From Paraburkholderia sp. (lineage in GTDB: Bacteria > Pseudomonadota > Gammaproteobacteria > Burkholderiales > Burkholderiaceae), in NCBI GenBank assembly GCA_049523075.1, contig JBEKNG010000001.1:1-32361 (forward strand): a stretch of DNA of 32,361 nucleotides, read 5' to 3'. Under the pieces are notes generated by a model. The model was given only the letters and a program-made list of their open reading frames with translations, was not told the DNA's origin and did not search any database. Shown piece after piece: positions 9,448-19,600 of the stretch (position 1 is the first letter of the stretch; the number at the start of each line of letters is the position of its first letter). The translations under genes and the position numbers were made by a program.

Positions 9448-10247
9448 ACACAGGAACCTCTGCAGAGACCTCCAGGCTGGCTGGGAAACATGCAGTCGTC
9501 ACGGGCGGCGGCAGCGGGATCGGCGCCGCCACCGCCACAACGCTGGTGCGTGCCGGCGCACGCGTGACGTTGATGGGTCGCGACGCTGCACGTCTTGCTG
9601 CGCAGCGCGAAGCGTTAAGTGCATTAAACGCACCTGGCGCAACAGGCGAGTTCGCCTGCATCAGCGTAGATGTGACGCAGGAAGCCGCTGTTGCCGCTGC
9701 GTTCGAACAAGTAGGTCCTGTGGACATCCTGATCAACAATGCCGGCCAGGCACAAGCGGCCCCGTTCATGCAGACCGACATGGCCCTCTGGCAACGCATG
9801 CTCGACGTCAACCTGACAGGAGTGTTCCTGTGCACGCGCGCCGTGCTGCCCGGCATGCTCGAACGCGGCTATGGCCGCATCGTCAACGTCGCCAGCACTG
9901 CGGGGCAGATCGGCTATGCCTACGTTGCCGCGTATTGCGCGGCCAAGCATGGCGTGATCGGCCTGACCCGTTCGCTCGCACTCGAAGTCGCGACCAAAGG
10001 CATCACCGTCAACGCGGTCTGTCCTGGCTATACCGAGACTGAACTGCTGCGCGCCTCGCTCGATCAGATCACCAGCAAAACGTCGCGCAGCGAACAGGAA
10101 GCGCGCAGCATCCTGCTGCGCAACAACCCCCAACAGCGCTTTGTCGCGCCGGAAGAAGTCGCCAATGCCGCCCTTTGGCTTTGCATGCCCGGCTCCGCGG
10201 CGATCACCGGCCAATCCATTTCCGTCTCCGGGGGAGAAGTCACATGA
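9444..10247 (+). CDS. SDR-family oxidoreductase (3-hydroxyacyl-CoA dehydrogenase-like)
   Basis: [17 protein letters not shown] motifs; GTGA overlap with the abmA stop. Confidence 0.92.
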   Translation: MNTGTSAETSRLAGKHAVVTGGGSGIGAATATTLVRAGARVTLMGRDAARLAAQREALSALNAPGATGEFACISVDVTQEAAVAAAFEQVGPVDILINNAGQAQAAPFMQTDMALWQRMLDVNLTGVFLCTRAVLPGMLERGYGRIVNVASTAGQIGYAYVAAYCAAKHGVIGLTRSLALEVATKGITVNAVCPGYTETELLRASLDQITSKTSRSEQEARSILLRNNPQQRFVAPEEVANAALWLCMPGSAAITGQSISVSGGEVT

Positions 10248-10801
10248 CACGTGCAGTTAGCGCTAAAAAGCCCCTCTCGACAGAGGCGAAGCCGCCGTGC
10301 AAAGGCGTCGCCAAGCCTGCCGAGAATGTGGTCGATTTGGAAATGAGCACCGGCGCCGACAGCCATATGGGCCTGCGTCTATGGCTGCGCATGCTCACCA
10401 CCACCAACCTTGTGCAGGCCGAGCTGCGCAAACGACTGCGCACCGAATTCGATACGACGCTGCCGCGCTTCGACCTGATGGCCCAGCTTGAACGCCATCC
10501 CGAGGGGCTCAAGATGACCGAGCTCTCGCGACGTCTGATGGTAACGGGCGGCAACGTGACGGGCATTACCGATCAGCTCGAAAAAGAAGGCCTCGTCGTT
10601 CGCGATGTGGATCCGAACGATCGCCGCTCGATCAGCGTGCGCCTGACACCCGGAGGCCGGGCGCTGTTCGACCGGATGGCGATAGCACATGAACAGTGGG
10701 TCGTCGAAATGTTCGGCGGTCTGAGCCTCGACGAGAAATCACGCACGCACCAGCGTCTGGGCAAGCTCAAGAAACATCTGCTCGACAACCTGAAGGGTTG
10801 A
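10244..10801 (+). CDS. MarR-family transcriptional regulator
   Basis: LRLWLRML...[11 protein letters not shown]...[26 protein letters not shown]...DRRS; ATGA overlap. Confidence 0.93.
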   Translation: MTRAVSAKKPLSTEAKPPCKGVAKPAENVVDLEMSTGADSHMGLRLWLRMLTTTNLVQAELRKRLRTEFDTTLPRFDLMAQLERHPEGLKMTELSRRLMVTGGNVTGITDQLEKEGLVVRDVDPNDRRSISVRLTPGGRALFDRMAIAHEQWVVEMFGGLSLDEKSRTHQRLGKLKKHLLDNLKG

Positions 10802-10827
10802 GCGGCACCGAACTGGAGGAGACATCC

Positions 10828-11679
10828 ATGACACGATCCCACGTCGACGCACTGCTTGCAGGCAATCGCGTCACGCTAGCGGACTATGAAGCAAAGCACT
10901 TAGGCTGGTCGGTCAGCGCCAAGGTCGCGACGATCACGCTGAACCGCCCCGAACGCAAGAACCCGCTCACCTTCGAATCGTATGCGGAGTTGCGCGACCT
11001 GTTTCGCCAACTAGCCTATGCGACGGACGTAAAGGCCGTGGTGATCCACGGCGCGGGCGGCAACTTCTGCTCGGGCGGCGACGTCCACGACATCATCGCG
11101 CCGCTGATCGACTTGCCGATGCCCGAATTGCTGCTATTCACCCGCATGACGGGCGATCTCATGAAAGCGATGCGCCACTGCCCGCAGCCTGTTATTGCCG
11201 CCGTTGATGGCATCTGCGCAGGCGCAGGCGCCATTCTGGCCATGGCTGCCGACCTACGTCTGGGCACCGCGCGCAGCAAGCTCGCATTTCTGTTTTCGCG
11301 TGTTGGCCTCGCAGGCTGCGATATGGGCGCGTGCTCGATCCTGCCGCGCATCATCGGCCAAGGGCGTGCGTCCGAGCTGCTCTTCACCGGCCGCTCGGCA
11401 AGCGGCGAAGAAGGCTACGCCTGGGGTTTCTATAACCGCCTGTGCGATCCCGAGGCCTTGCTCGACGAAGCCGCAAAGCTGGCCGCCGAGCTCGTCGCCG
11501 GACCGTCGTTCGCACACGGCATCACCAAGAAGATGCTGCACCAGGAATGGAGCATGAGCGTCGACGAAGCGATCGAATCCGAGGCGCAGGCCCAAGCCAT
11601 CTGCATGAGCACGCAAGACTTCGAACGCGCGTATCGCGCGTTTGCAGCGAAAACGCGTCCGGTATTCGAAGGAGACTGA
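10828..11679 (+). CDS. Enoyl-CoA hydratase/isomerase family protein
   Basis: [30 protein letters not shown] crotonase motifs; RBS GGAGGAG. Confidence 0.93.
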   Translation: MTRSHVDALLAGNRVTLADYEAKHLGWSVSAKVATITLNRPERKNPLTFESYAELRDLFRQLAYATDVKAVVIHGAGGNFCSGGDVHDIIAPLIDLPMPELLLFTRMTGDLMKAMRHCPQPVIAAVDGICAGAGAILAMAADLRLGTARSKLAFLFSRVGLAGCDMGACSILPRIIGQGRASELLFTGRSASGEEGYAWGFYNRLCDPEALLDEAAKLAAELVAGPSFAHGITKKMLHQEWSMSVDEAIESEAQAQAICMSTQDFERAYRAFAAKTRPVFEGD

Positions 11680-11680
11680 C

Positions 11681-12889
11681 TTGAACGCTTCCGGCAAGAT
11701 CGATCTTCATAGCGCGCTGGCGTGGCCGTTCTTCGAAGACCGCCATCGCGAACTCGCGACAGGTATCGAAGCATGGTGCGGCACGCATCTCGCTGACGCA
11801 AACCACGGCGAGGATGTCGACGCGACCTGTCGCCATCTGGTGCGCGAACTGGGTGCAGCGGGGTGGCTCAAATACGGCGTCGGTGGCACTGCTTACGGCG
11901 GACACGGTGACACCATTGATACACGCGCCGTCTGCCTGCTGCGTGAAACGCTCGCGAGGCATTCAGGCCTCGCGGACTTTGCGCTTGCTATGCAGGGGCT
12001 CGGTTCGGGCGCCATCTCGCTTGGCGGCACGCACGAACAGAAGCAACGTTACCTGCCACGTGTGGCGCACGGCACGGCCATCGCCGCATTCGCGCTGTCC
12101 GAACCGGAAGCGGGATCGGACGTCGCTGCCATGGCGTTGTCAGCCCGCGCTGACGGTGACGTCTATATCCTCGACGGCGACAAGACGTGGATCTCCAACG
12201 GCGGCATCGCCGATTTTTACGTGGTGTTCGCCAGAACGGGTGAAGCGCCCGGCGCACGCGGTGTCAGCGCCTTCATTGTCGACGCGGATACGCCAGGCCT
12301 GGAAATCGCCGAACGCATCGACGTGATCGCGCCGCATCCGCTCGCACGCCTGCACTTTGCCGGCGCACGCGTGCCGCGCAGCCAGATGCTGGGTACTCCC
12401 GGCGAGGGGTTCAAGCTGGCGATGCGCACGCTCGATATTTTCCGCACCTCGGTGGCAGCTGCATCATTAGGTTTTGCGCGTCACGCCATGGAAGCGGGGC
12501 TGGCACGCGCCACGTCGCGCAAGATGTTCGGCCAGACCTTGGGAGACTTTCAGTTGACCCAGGCGAAGCTTGCACAGATGGCGCTTACCATCGACAGCAG
12601 CGCGCTGCTCGTCTATCGCGCCGCCTGGTTGCGTGACCAGGGTGAGAACGTCACGCGCGAAGCTGCGATGGCGAAGTGGCACGCCAGCGAAGGCGCGCAG
12701 CAAGTGATCGACGCGGCCGTTCAGCTTTGGGGCGGCATGGGCGTGCAAAGCGGCACCGCCGTCGAAATGCTCTATCGCGAGATTCGCGCGCTACGCATCT
12801 ACGAGGGCGCAACCGAAGTGCAGCAACTGATCGTAGGCCGTGATCTGTTGAAGGCCTACGCAGCCGCGCGACAGGACAACAAGTCATGA
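11681..12889 (+). CDS. Acyl-CoA dehydrogenase
   Basis: [31 protein letters not shown]; probable TTG start after GAAGGAG. Confidence 0.93.
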   Translation: MNASGKIDLHSALAWPFFEDRHRELATGIEAWCGTHLADANHGEDVDATCRHLVRELGAAGWLKYGVGGTAYGGHGDTIDTRAVCLLRETLARHSGLADFALAMQGLGSGAISLGGTHEQKQRYLPRVAHGTAIAAFALSEPEAGSDVAAMALSARADGDVYILDGDKTWISNGGIADFYVVFARTGEAPGARGVSAFIVDADTPGLEIAERIDVIAPHPLARLHFAGARVPRSQMLGTPGEGFKLAMRTLDIFRTSVAAASLGFARHAMEAGLARATSRKMFGQTLGDFQLTQAKLAQMALTIDSSALLVYRAAWLRDQGENVTREAAMAKWHASEGAQQVIDAAVQLWGGMGVQSGTAVEMLYREIRALRIYEGATEVQQLIVGRDLLKAYAAARQDNKS

Positions 12890-13329
12890 GCGCGACGTTC
12901 GATATGCCGGTGCGCATCCGTTTCGCGCATTGCGACCCGGCGGGCATCGTGTATTTCCCGCAGTACCTGGTACTGACCAACGCGCTGGTCGAAGACTGGT
13001 TCACCGACTGCCTGCGCGTCGACTACGCCCACATGATCAGTGAGCGCCGGATCGGCTTGCCGATCGTCAAGCTCGACTGCGAGTTCTCGCGGCCAAGCCG
13101 GATGGGCGAGACCATCACGCTCACGCTGACCGTGGACTCAATCGGCCGGCGTTCGATTCGCATCGGCATAGTCGGCCATTGTCAGAACGAAGTACGCTTT
13201 CGTGCGCATCAGGTGCTGGTGACGACTTCGCTCGAGACCGGCCAGTCCATCGATATCCCCGACGACATCGCGAGCGCCCTCGCGAGCTTCGCCCCAACGC
13301 TTGCCCTCACCGACGAGCCACGCTCATGA
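12886..13329 (+). CDS. 4-hydroxybenzoyl-CoA-type acyl-CoA thioesterase (hotdog fold)
   Basis: [17 protein letters not shown] motif; ATGA overlap. Confidence 0.9.
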   Translation: MSATFDMPVRIRFAHCDPAGIVYFPQYLVLTNALVEDWFTDCLRVDYAHMISERRIGLPIVKLDCEFSRPSRMGETITLTLTVDSIGRRSIRIGIVGHCQNEVRFRAHQVLVTTSLETGQSIDIPDDIASALASFAPTLALTDEPRS

Positions 13330-13730
13330 AAAAGCCACTTCTTCCTGCCGGCTGGGTCAAGCCGCGCGGCTATGCAAACGGCGTTGCGGCCGTTGGCACC
13401 CAGGTGTTTATCGCGGGCCAGATCGGCTGGGACGCCGAGGCGCGCTTCCAGTCGACCGACTTTGCCACCCAGGCGATTCAGGCCTTGCAGAACGTCGTCG
13501 CCGTGCTGCACGAAGCCGGCGGCAAACCGGCCCACCTCGTGCGTATGACCTGGTACGTAACGGACAAGCGCGAATACCTCGCTGCGCTTAAAGACATCGG
13601 CCGCGCGTTTCGCGAGCTGATCGGTGACTATGACATTGCGATGAGCGCGGTTCAGGTCGTCGCGCTGATCGAAGACGAAGCCAAAGTCGAAATCGAGGCG
13701 ACTGCGGTGATCCCCCACGAAGCCCATTAA
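13326..13730 (+). CDS. RidA/YjgF/YER057c family protein
   Basis: PRGYANGV, FIAGQIGWD, KVEIEATAV; ATGA overlap with the thioesterase stop. Confidence 0.9.
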   Translation: MKKPLLPAGWVKPRGYANGVAAVGTQVFIAGQIGWDAEARFQSTDFATQAIQALQNVVAVLHEAGGKPAHLVRMTWYVTDKREYLAALKDIGRAFRELIGDYDIAMSAVQVVALIEDEAKVEIEATAVIPHEAH

Positions 13731-13747
13731 CCGTTCGGGAGAGCGTC

Positions 13748-15385
13748 ATGGAACCGTCTGCGCACATCGACACCTTCGCCCGCGATCATCTGCCGCCGCG
13801 AGATCAATGGCCGGTTTTTATGCTCGACAATCCCGACATTGCGTATCCGGCGCGCTTTAACTGCGCAACCGAGTTGCTGGACCGGACCATCGCGGCCGGG
13901 CACCGCGACCGTCCGGCCATCTGGTCCGAGGTGAATGGCGAAGCCCATGCCACCACGTACGGCGAGTTGCTTGCGTTAGTGAACCGCAGCGCACATGTGC
14001 TGGTCGATGAGTTGGGTCTAAAGCCCGGTAACCGCGTGTTGCTGCGCGGGCCCAATAGCTTGCAGATGGCGGTAGCGGCGCTGGCCGCGCTGAAAGCGGG
14101 GCTCGTACTGGTGCCCACCATGCCCCTGCTGCGCGCCAAGGAACTCAAGCAGATCATCCATAAGGCGCACATCAGCGCCGCCCTATGCGATGCACGCCTG
14201 ATCGAGGAGCTCGCCCGCTGCAGCGATCCGCGAGACGAATTCTTCTGCGCGACGCTGCAGCAGACCTGTCTGTTTCATCACGACGCTGCGGACTCCTTCG
14301 CAACGCTCGCCGCCGGTAAGCCAGACCACTTCACCGCCTGCGATACCTCCGGCGACGACGTCTGTCTGATCGCTTTCACGAGCGGTACAACCGGTCTGCC
14401 GAAAGGCTGCATGCATTTTCATCGCGACGTACTGATGATGTGCGACCTGTTCCCGCGGCACGTGCTCAAACCCACGGCGACTGATGTGTTCTGCGGCACG
14501 CCGCCACTCGCCTTCACCTTCGGGCTCGGCGGCCTGCTGTGCTTTCCGTTGCGGGTGGGCGCCTCCACGGTGCTGATCGAGCGGCTCACGCCCGAGAGCT
14601 TGCTGCAGACGGTCGAACGCTTTCACGCCACGGTCATGTTCACCGCACCCACCTTCTACCGGCAGATGGCGCCGCTCATGCCGCGCTTCGATACATCGAG
14701 CCTGCAGAAGACTGTCTCCGCAGGCGAGGCGCTGCCCGATTCGACGCGGCATCTGTGGCGCGAAGCGAGCGGCATCGAGATGATCGATGGCATCGGCGGC
14801 ACCGAGCTGATCCATATTTTCATTTCGGCAGCGGGCACGGAGATTCGGCCGCACGCCATCGGCCGCGCCATCCCAGGTTATGTCGTGCAGGCCGTCGACG
14901 ATGCCATGCAGCCAGTGCCACCCGGCATCATCGGCAAGCTCGCCGTGCGCGGGCCCACCGGTTGCCGTTATCTGGCCGACGAACGGCAGACGAAATTCGT
15001 GCGCGACGGCTGGAACCTGCCCGGCGACTCCGTGTATCTGGACGAAGACGGCTACGTGTTCTATCAGGCACGCGCCGACGACATGATCGTCTCCGCGGGC
15101 TACAACATCTCCGGCCCGGAAGTGGAAAGCGTACTGCTACAGCACGACGCGGTAGCGGAATGCGGTGTAGTCGGCGCGCCCGACGAAACCCGCGGCCAGG
15201 TCGTCAAGGCGTTTATCGTCCTCAATCCCGGCTTCAAGCCTGACGACAAAATGGTCGCGCAGTTGCAGGATTTCGTGAAGAATACCGTGGCGCCGTACAA
15301 GTATCCGCGTCTGATCCGGTTCGTCGATGCACTGCCGCGCACCGAAACCGGCAAGCTCAAACGGTTTGCGCTGCGCGGCATGTAA
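13748..15385 (+). CDS. abmG: 2-aminobenzoate/benzoate-CoA ligase family AMP-binding enzyme
   Basis: SAHIDTFARDHLPP N-terminus, FTSGTTGLPKG, DGIGGTE, LPRTETGKL; position in the abm-like cluster. Confidence 0.88.
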   Translation: MEPSAHIDTFARDHLPPRDQWPVFMLDNPDIAYPARFNCATELLDRTIAAGHRDRPAIWSEVNGEAHATTYGELLALVNRSAHVLVDELGLKPGNRVLLRGPNSLQMAVAALAALKAGLVLVPTMPLLRAKELKQIIHKAHISAALCDARLIEELARCSDPRDEFFCATLQQTCLFHHDAADSFATLAAGKPDHFTACDTSGDDVCLIAFTSGTTGLPKGCMHFHRDVLMMCDLFPRHVLKPTATDVFCGTPPLAFTFGLGGLLCFPLRVGASTVLIERLTPESLLQTVERFHATVMFTAPTFYRQMAPLMPRFDTSSLQKTVSAGEALPDSTRHLWREASGIEMIDGIGGTELIHIFISAAGTEIRPHAIGRAIPGYVVQAVDDAMQPVPPGIIGKLAVRGPTGCRYLADERQTKFVRDGWNLPGDSVYLDEDGYVFYQARADDMIVSAGYNISGPEVESVLLQHDAVAECGVVGAPDETRGQVVKAFIVLNPGFKPDDKMVAQLQDFVKNTVAPYKYPRLIRFVDALPRTETGKLKRFALRGM

Positions 15386-15425
15386 CATCATGTAGAGCGT
15401 CCCGTCATTCCTTCTGGAGTCAGGC

Positions 15426-16075
15426 ATGTCCGCGTCTTTCATTGAGGTTGTCGCCCACGATGGTGGCCGTTTCAACGCTTACGTCGCACGGCCGGCACAA
15501 GGGTCCGGCTCGGGGCTTGTGCTGCTGCAGGAAATCTTCGGCATCAACGACTATATGAAGTCGATGGCCGACCGGTTTGCGGAAGAAGGTTATGTGGTGC
15601 TGGTGCCGGACCTGTTCTGGCGGGTAAAGCCAGGTGTCGTGCTGGGCTACGGCGAAGCTGACATGAAAGAGGCACTCGGTTATCTGCAGCGGTTCGATAT
15701 CGACCGCGCAGTGGACGATATCGCGGCCACCATCGGCGCGTCGCGCGCGCTGCCCGAGCAGGCGGGCAAGGTCGCGCGGATCGCATCGTCGATGAATTCG
15801 TCTTCAGTTGTACTCATACCTGCGAGATCGACTGGCTGCTGCCGGGCGTCGCGCCCACCGGAAAGTATTTCGAAGTGCCGATGCTGGCCGTCGTGTGCTT
15901 TCGCGGCGACAAGCTATACAACGAGCATATCTACTGGGATCAGGCCTCGGTGCTGGTCCAGGTCGGGTTGCTCGATCCGGCGGGGCTGCCGGTGGCGGGG
16001 ATCGAGAGCGCACGCAAGCTGCTCGATGAGAGCCTGCCGTCGAACCGGTTGATGGGTGCGAAGGCGAAGGCTTAG
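15426..16075 (+). pseudogene. Dienelactone hydrolase-SnoaL/ester-cyclase fusion gene with internal deletion and frameshift
   Basis: DLH N-terminus (LLQEIFGIN, VLVPDLFWR) stops at GKV (15771) before the catalytic GxCxGG; a -1 shifted frame continues ADRIVDEFVFSCTHTCEIDWLLPGVAPTGK...EHIYWDQASVLVQVGLL (SnoaL-like C-terminus) to TAG at 16075. Confidence 0.85.
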
Positions 16076-16200
16076 GCGTCACGCGCGGGGATACGTCAGT
16101 CGGTCGATTGGACTCGTTTGTGAGGCGGTGCTTCATTCTAGAATTGGCACTGTCCAACGCGGCTATGATGTGGCACTCCACTGGCTAGGATTCCATACCG

Positions 16201-16872
16201 ATGCTCACCGTCCATCATCTGAACAACTCCCGCTCACAGCGCGTCCTCTGGCTACTTGAAGAACTGGATGTGCCGTACGAGATCAAGCGCTATGAGCGCG
16301 ACCCCAAGACCATGCTGGCGCCGCCCGAACTGCGCGCCATCCATCCGCTCGGCAAATCACCGGTGATCACGGACGACGGGCTCACCATCGCGGAATCGGG
16401 CGCCATCATCGAATATCTGGTGGAGCGTTACGGGCAAGGGCGCCTGGCGCCCGCTACCGGGACACCGGAACGTCTGCGCTATACATACTGGCTGCACTAC
16501 GCAGAGGGATCGGTGATGCCGCCGTTGCTGCTCAAGCTGGTGGCGCTGCGGATCGCCGGCGCGCCGATGCCGTTCTTCGCCAAGCCGATTGCGCGCAAGA
16601 TCGCCTCGACGCTGCAATCGAGCTTTGTGGATCCGCAGATCAAGCTGCACCTCGGCTATATCAACGATGCGCTGACTCCCACCGGCTGGTTGGTCGGCAA
16701 CGAATTCAGCGCCGCGGATGTGCAAATGAGCTTCCCGCTCGAAGCCGCCACGGCGCGCGGTGGAGTCGTCACCAGGATTGACGCCATTAACGGCTTTCTC
16801 GAGCGCATCCACGCACGTCCCGCGTATCAGCGCGCACTGGAACGCGGCGGCAAATATGAGTTGTTAAGCTAA
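16201..16872 (+). CDS. Glutathione S-transferase (GTT1-like)
   Basis: HHLNNSRSQRVLWLLEEL, HPLGKSPVI, AESGAIIEYL. Confidence 0.95.
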   Translation: MLTVHHLNNSRSQRVLWLLEELDVPYEIKRYERDPKTMLAPPELRAIHPLGKSPVITDDGLTIAESGAIIEYLVERYGQGRLAPATGTPERLRYTYWLHYAEGSVMPPLLLKLVALRIAGAPMPFFAKPIARKIASTLQSSFVDPQIKLHLGYINDALTPTGWLVGNEFSAADVQMSFPLEAATARGGVVTRIDAINGFLERIHARPAYQRALERGGKYELLS

Positions 16873-17052
16873 GCCTCGCTGATGCGGGGCGTAGGGCGAG
16901 GACCGCCGCTCCGGGCGGATCATCCATGCGCGCCTCACGTTCGACAGGCGTAACATCTCGGTTTCGGACTCGATAGTCGGCCGACCGTACAGCGCCATGA
17001 ACTCCGCGATGAGCGCCAACGGACATGCTACCCAATACGGGAGACTCGCCGC

Positions 17053-18543
17053 ATGCCCCATAACATCGACCAGCACAAACGCTGGCTCGCCCTGATCGTC
17101 CTGTGCCTGGGCGTGCTGATGATCGTCCTCGACTCGACGATTGTGAACGTCGCCCTGCCGTCGATCGCCGCGGATCTAGGCTTCTCCGAAACCGCTCTGG
17201 TGTGGGTCGTGAACGCCTATATGCTGACCTTCGGCGGCTGCCTGCTGCTCGGCGGCAGGCTGGGTGACCTCTATGGCCATCGCAAGCTGTTTCTGCGCGG
17301 CCTCACCCTCTTCACGCTTGCCTCGCTCGCCTGTGGCATGGCGAATTCCCAGGTGTTGCTGGTCTGCGCGCGCGCCGTGCAGGGCTTTGGCGGTGCGGTC
17401 GTGTCCGCCGTCTCGCTGTCGCTGATCATGAACCTTTTCACCGAGCCGGGCGAGCGGGCCAAGGCCATGGGCGTGTATGGCTTCGTATGTGCGGGCGGCG
17501 GCAGCATCGGTGTGCTGCTGGGCGGTCTGCTCACGAACCTGTTGAGCTGGCACTGGATCTTTCTCGTCAATCTGCCTATCGGCATCGCGGTCTACGCGAT
17601 GTGTGTCGCGCTGCTGCCCGACGGCCGCGGCCACGCACACGGCGAGCGGCTCGACGTCGCCGGTGCTGCGACGGTCACCACCTCGCTGATGCTGGCTGTC
17701 TATGCCATCGTGAACGGCAACGAGGCGGGCTGGACTTCGCTGCAGACGATCGGCATGCTTATCGCTGCGCTGGCGCTGCTCGTGCTGTTTCTGCGCATCG
17801 AAGCGCGCGTGCAGCATCCGTTGATGCCACTTGCCCTGTTCAGACTGCGCAACGTTGCCGTGGCGAATGTTGTCGGTGTGCTGTGGGCGGCTGCGATGTT
17901 CGCGTGGTTCTTTATCTCGGCACTTTATCTGCAACGGGTGCTGGGCTATCGGCCGATGCAGGTCGGACTCGCGTTCCTGCCGGCCAACCTGATCATGGCG
18001 CTGTTCTCGCTTGGCCTGTCCGCGCGCCTCGTCATGCGATTCGGTCTGCGCCTGCCGCTCGGCGTCGGCTTGCTGCTGGCTGCCGCAGGGCTCGCATTGT
18101 TCGCGCGGGCACCGGTTAACGGCAGCTTCGTCATCGATGTGCTGCCCGGCATGACCTTGCTCGGACTCGGCGCGGGTATCGCATTCAACCCTGTTTTGCT
18201 GGCTGCGATGAGCGACGTCGAAGCGAGCGAGTCCGGCCTCGCGTCAGGCATCGTCAACACGGCGTTCATGATGGGCGGCGCCGTGGGTCTCGCGGTGCTC
18301 GCTAGCCTTGCGGCGGCGCGCACGACTGCGCTGCAGGCGGGCGAGGCGCCGGCCGCGGCACTAAACAGCGGGTATCACGTTGCGTTTCTGACCGGGGCGA
18401 TTTTTGCCGCGGCGGCGGCGTTGATCGGCGCGTTGCTGCTGCGCCCGCGCGCGCAGTCCCCTGTCCATGCAGACGCTACTGCCGACGAAACACATGTTGC
18501 GCACAGGCCGCATGCACGCAATACCACCACCGAGAACGGCTGA
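17053..18543 (+). CDS. DHA2-family (EmrB/QacA-like) MFS efflux transporter
   Basis: LDSTIVNVALPSI, GGRLGDLYGHRK, WIFLVNLPIG motifs; about 14 hydrophobic segments. Confidence 0.93.
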   Translation: MPHNIDQHKRWLALIVLCLGVLMIVLDSTIVNVALPSIAADLGFSETALVWVVNAYMLTFGGCLLLGGRLGDLYGHRKLFLRGLTLFTLASLACGMANSQVLLVCARAVQGFGGAVVSAVSLSLIMNLFTEPGERAKAMGVYGFVCAGGGSIGVLLGGLLTNLLSWHWIFLVNLPIGIAVYAMCVALLPDGRGHAHGERLDVAGAATVTTSLMLAVYAIVNGNEAGWTSLQTIGMLIAALALLVLFLRIEARVQHPLMPLALFRLRNVAVANVVGVLWAAAMFAWFFISALYLQRVLGYRPMQVGLAFLPANLIMALFSLGLSARLVMRFGLRLPLGVGLLLAAAGLALFARAPVNGSFVIDVLPGMTLLGLGAGIAFNPVLLAAMSDVEASESGLASGIVNTAFMMGGAVGLAVLASLAAARTTALQAGEAPAAALNSGYHVAFLTGAIFAAAAALIGALLLRPRAQSPVHADATADETHVAHRPHARNTTTENG

Positions 18544-18665
18544 ACCATGCATAGGAGCACAGCGGAGGATGTGTCGCCGCCGCCCAGATTAAAAATGCGC
18601 AATCCTGATCAAATCAACCACTGTACCGCTCGCTATGCTGGCTTCATGCTGACATGAGAGCTGGT

Positions 18666-19499
18666 ATGAGCCCCGTCCAAAAGGCGCTCTGGTTTATCGA
18701 AAGCCACTTTTCGCGCGAACTGACGCTCGACGACATCGCGAGTTGCGGCTGCGTATCGCGCTATCACCTATCTCGCGCCTTCGAAGCGGCAACGGGCCGC
18801 CCGGTAATGCGCTACGTGCGGGCACGACGCCTGACCGAAGCGGCGCGGCGTCTGGCAAGCGGCGCACCCGACATTCTGGCGGTGGCGCTCGAGGCGGGAT
18901 ACGGCTCTCACGAGGCATTCACGCGCGCGTTTCGCGAGCAGTTCGGGCTCACGCCCGAGGCGCTGCGCGCGCAGGGACATCTCGACAACATCCGCCTCGT
19001 GGAGCCGATCAAAATGGACGAAACCCTTCTTGGCAACCTGGCGCCGCCTCGCTTCGAGAACGGCAAGCCGCTGCTCATCGCAGGCCTGACCGAGCGCTAC
19101 GACTGCGACACCAGTGTGGCCATTCCGGCCCAGTGGCAGCGCTTTAACGAATACTTCGGAAAGGTGCCCGGCCAGATCGGCAACGTCGCCTACGGCATCT
19201 GCTACAACGCCGACGACAGCGGCAATTTCGACTATCTGTGCGGCGTCGAAGTGAGTGACTTTTCCAGCCTGCCTGCCGGGTTGAACCACGTTCGGGTGCC
19301 GGAGCAGCGCTATGCAGTCTTCGCGCACCGCGAGCATGTAGCAGTGATTCGGCGTACGTGGAACACCATCTGGAACAAATGGCTGCCGGAATCGGGACAT
19401 ACGCCGGCCGACGCGCCGAACTTCGAACGCTACAGCGAGCAGTTCGACCCCGTCACGGGCATGGGCGGCTTCGAAATCTGGTTGCCGCTCAAGACGTGA
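18666..19499 (+). CDS. AraC-family regulator with C-terminal GyrI-like ligand-binding domain
   Basis: KALWFIESH...YVRARRLTEAA...GYGSHEAFTRAFREQFG HTH plus GyrI-like YAVFAH...IWNKWLP...FERY; alternative start at 18654. Confidence 0.92.
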   Translation: MSPVQKALWFIESHFSRELTLDDIASCGCVSRYHLSRAFEAATGRPVMRYVRARRLTEAARRLASGAPDILAVALEAGYGSHEAFTRAFREQFGLTPEALRAQGHLDNIRLVEPIKMDETLLGNLAPPRFENGKPLLIAGLTERYDCDTSVAIPAQWQRFNEYFGKVPGQIGNVAYGICYNADDSGNFDYLCGVEVSDFSSLPAGLNHVRVPEQRYAVFAHREHVAVIRRTWNTIWNKWLPESGHTPADAPNFERYSEQFDPVTGMGGFEIWLPLKT

Positions 19500-19600
19500 T
19501 GGTTCTCCGATCAAGTATGTGATCGGGATGCTGGCCGGTGTAGACGATGTAACGCCAGCCAGCACGTGTCTCGCTGTCCTCTTCCCCACTCCGGCCAACG

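Noticed and set aside
15426-16075. Programmed -1 frameshift in the DLH gene
   Set aside because: No slippery heptamer at the junction and the catalytic region is absent; deletion/decay explains it better.
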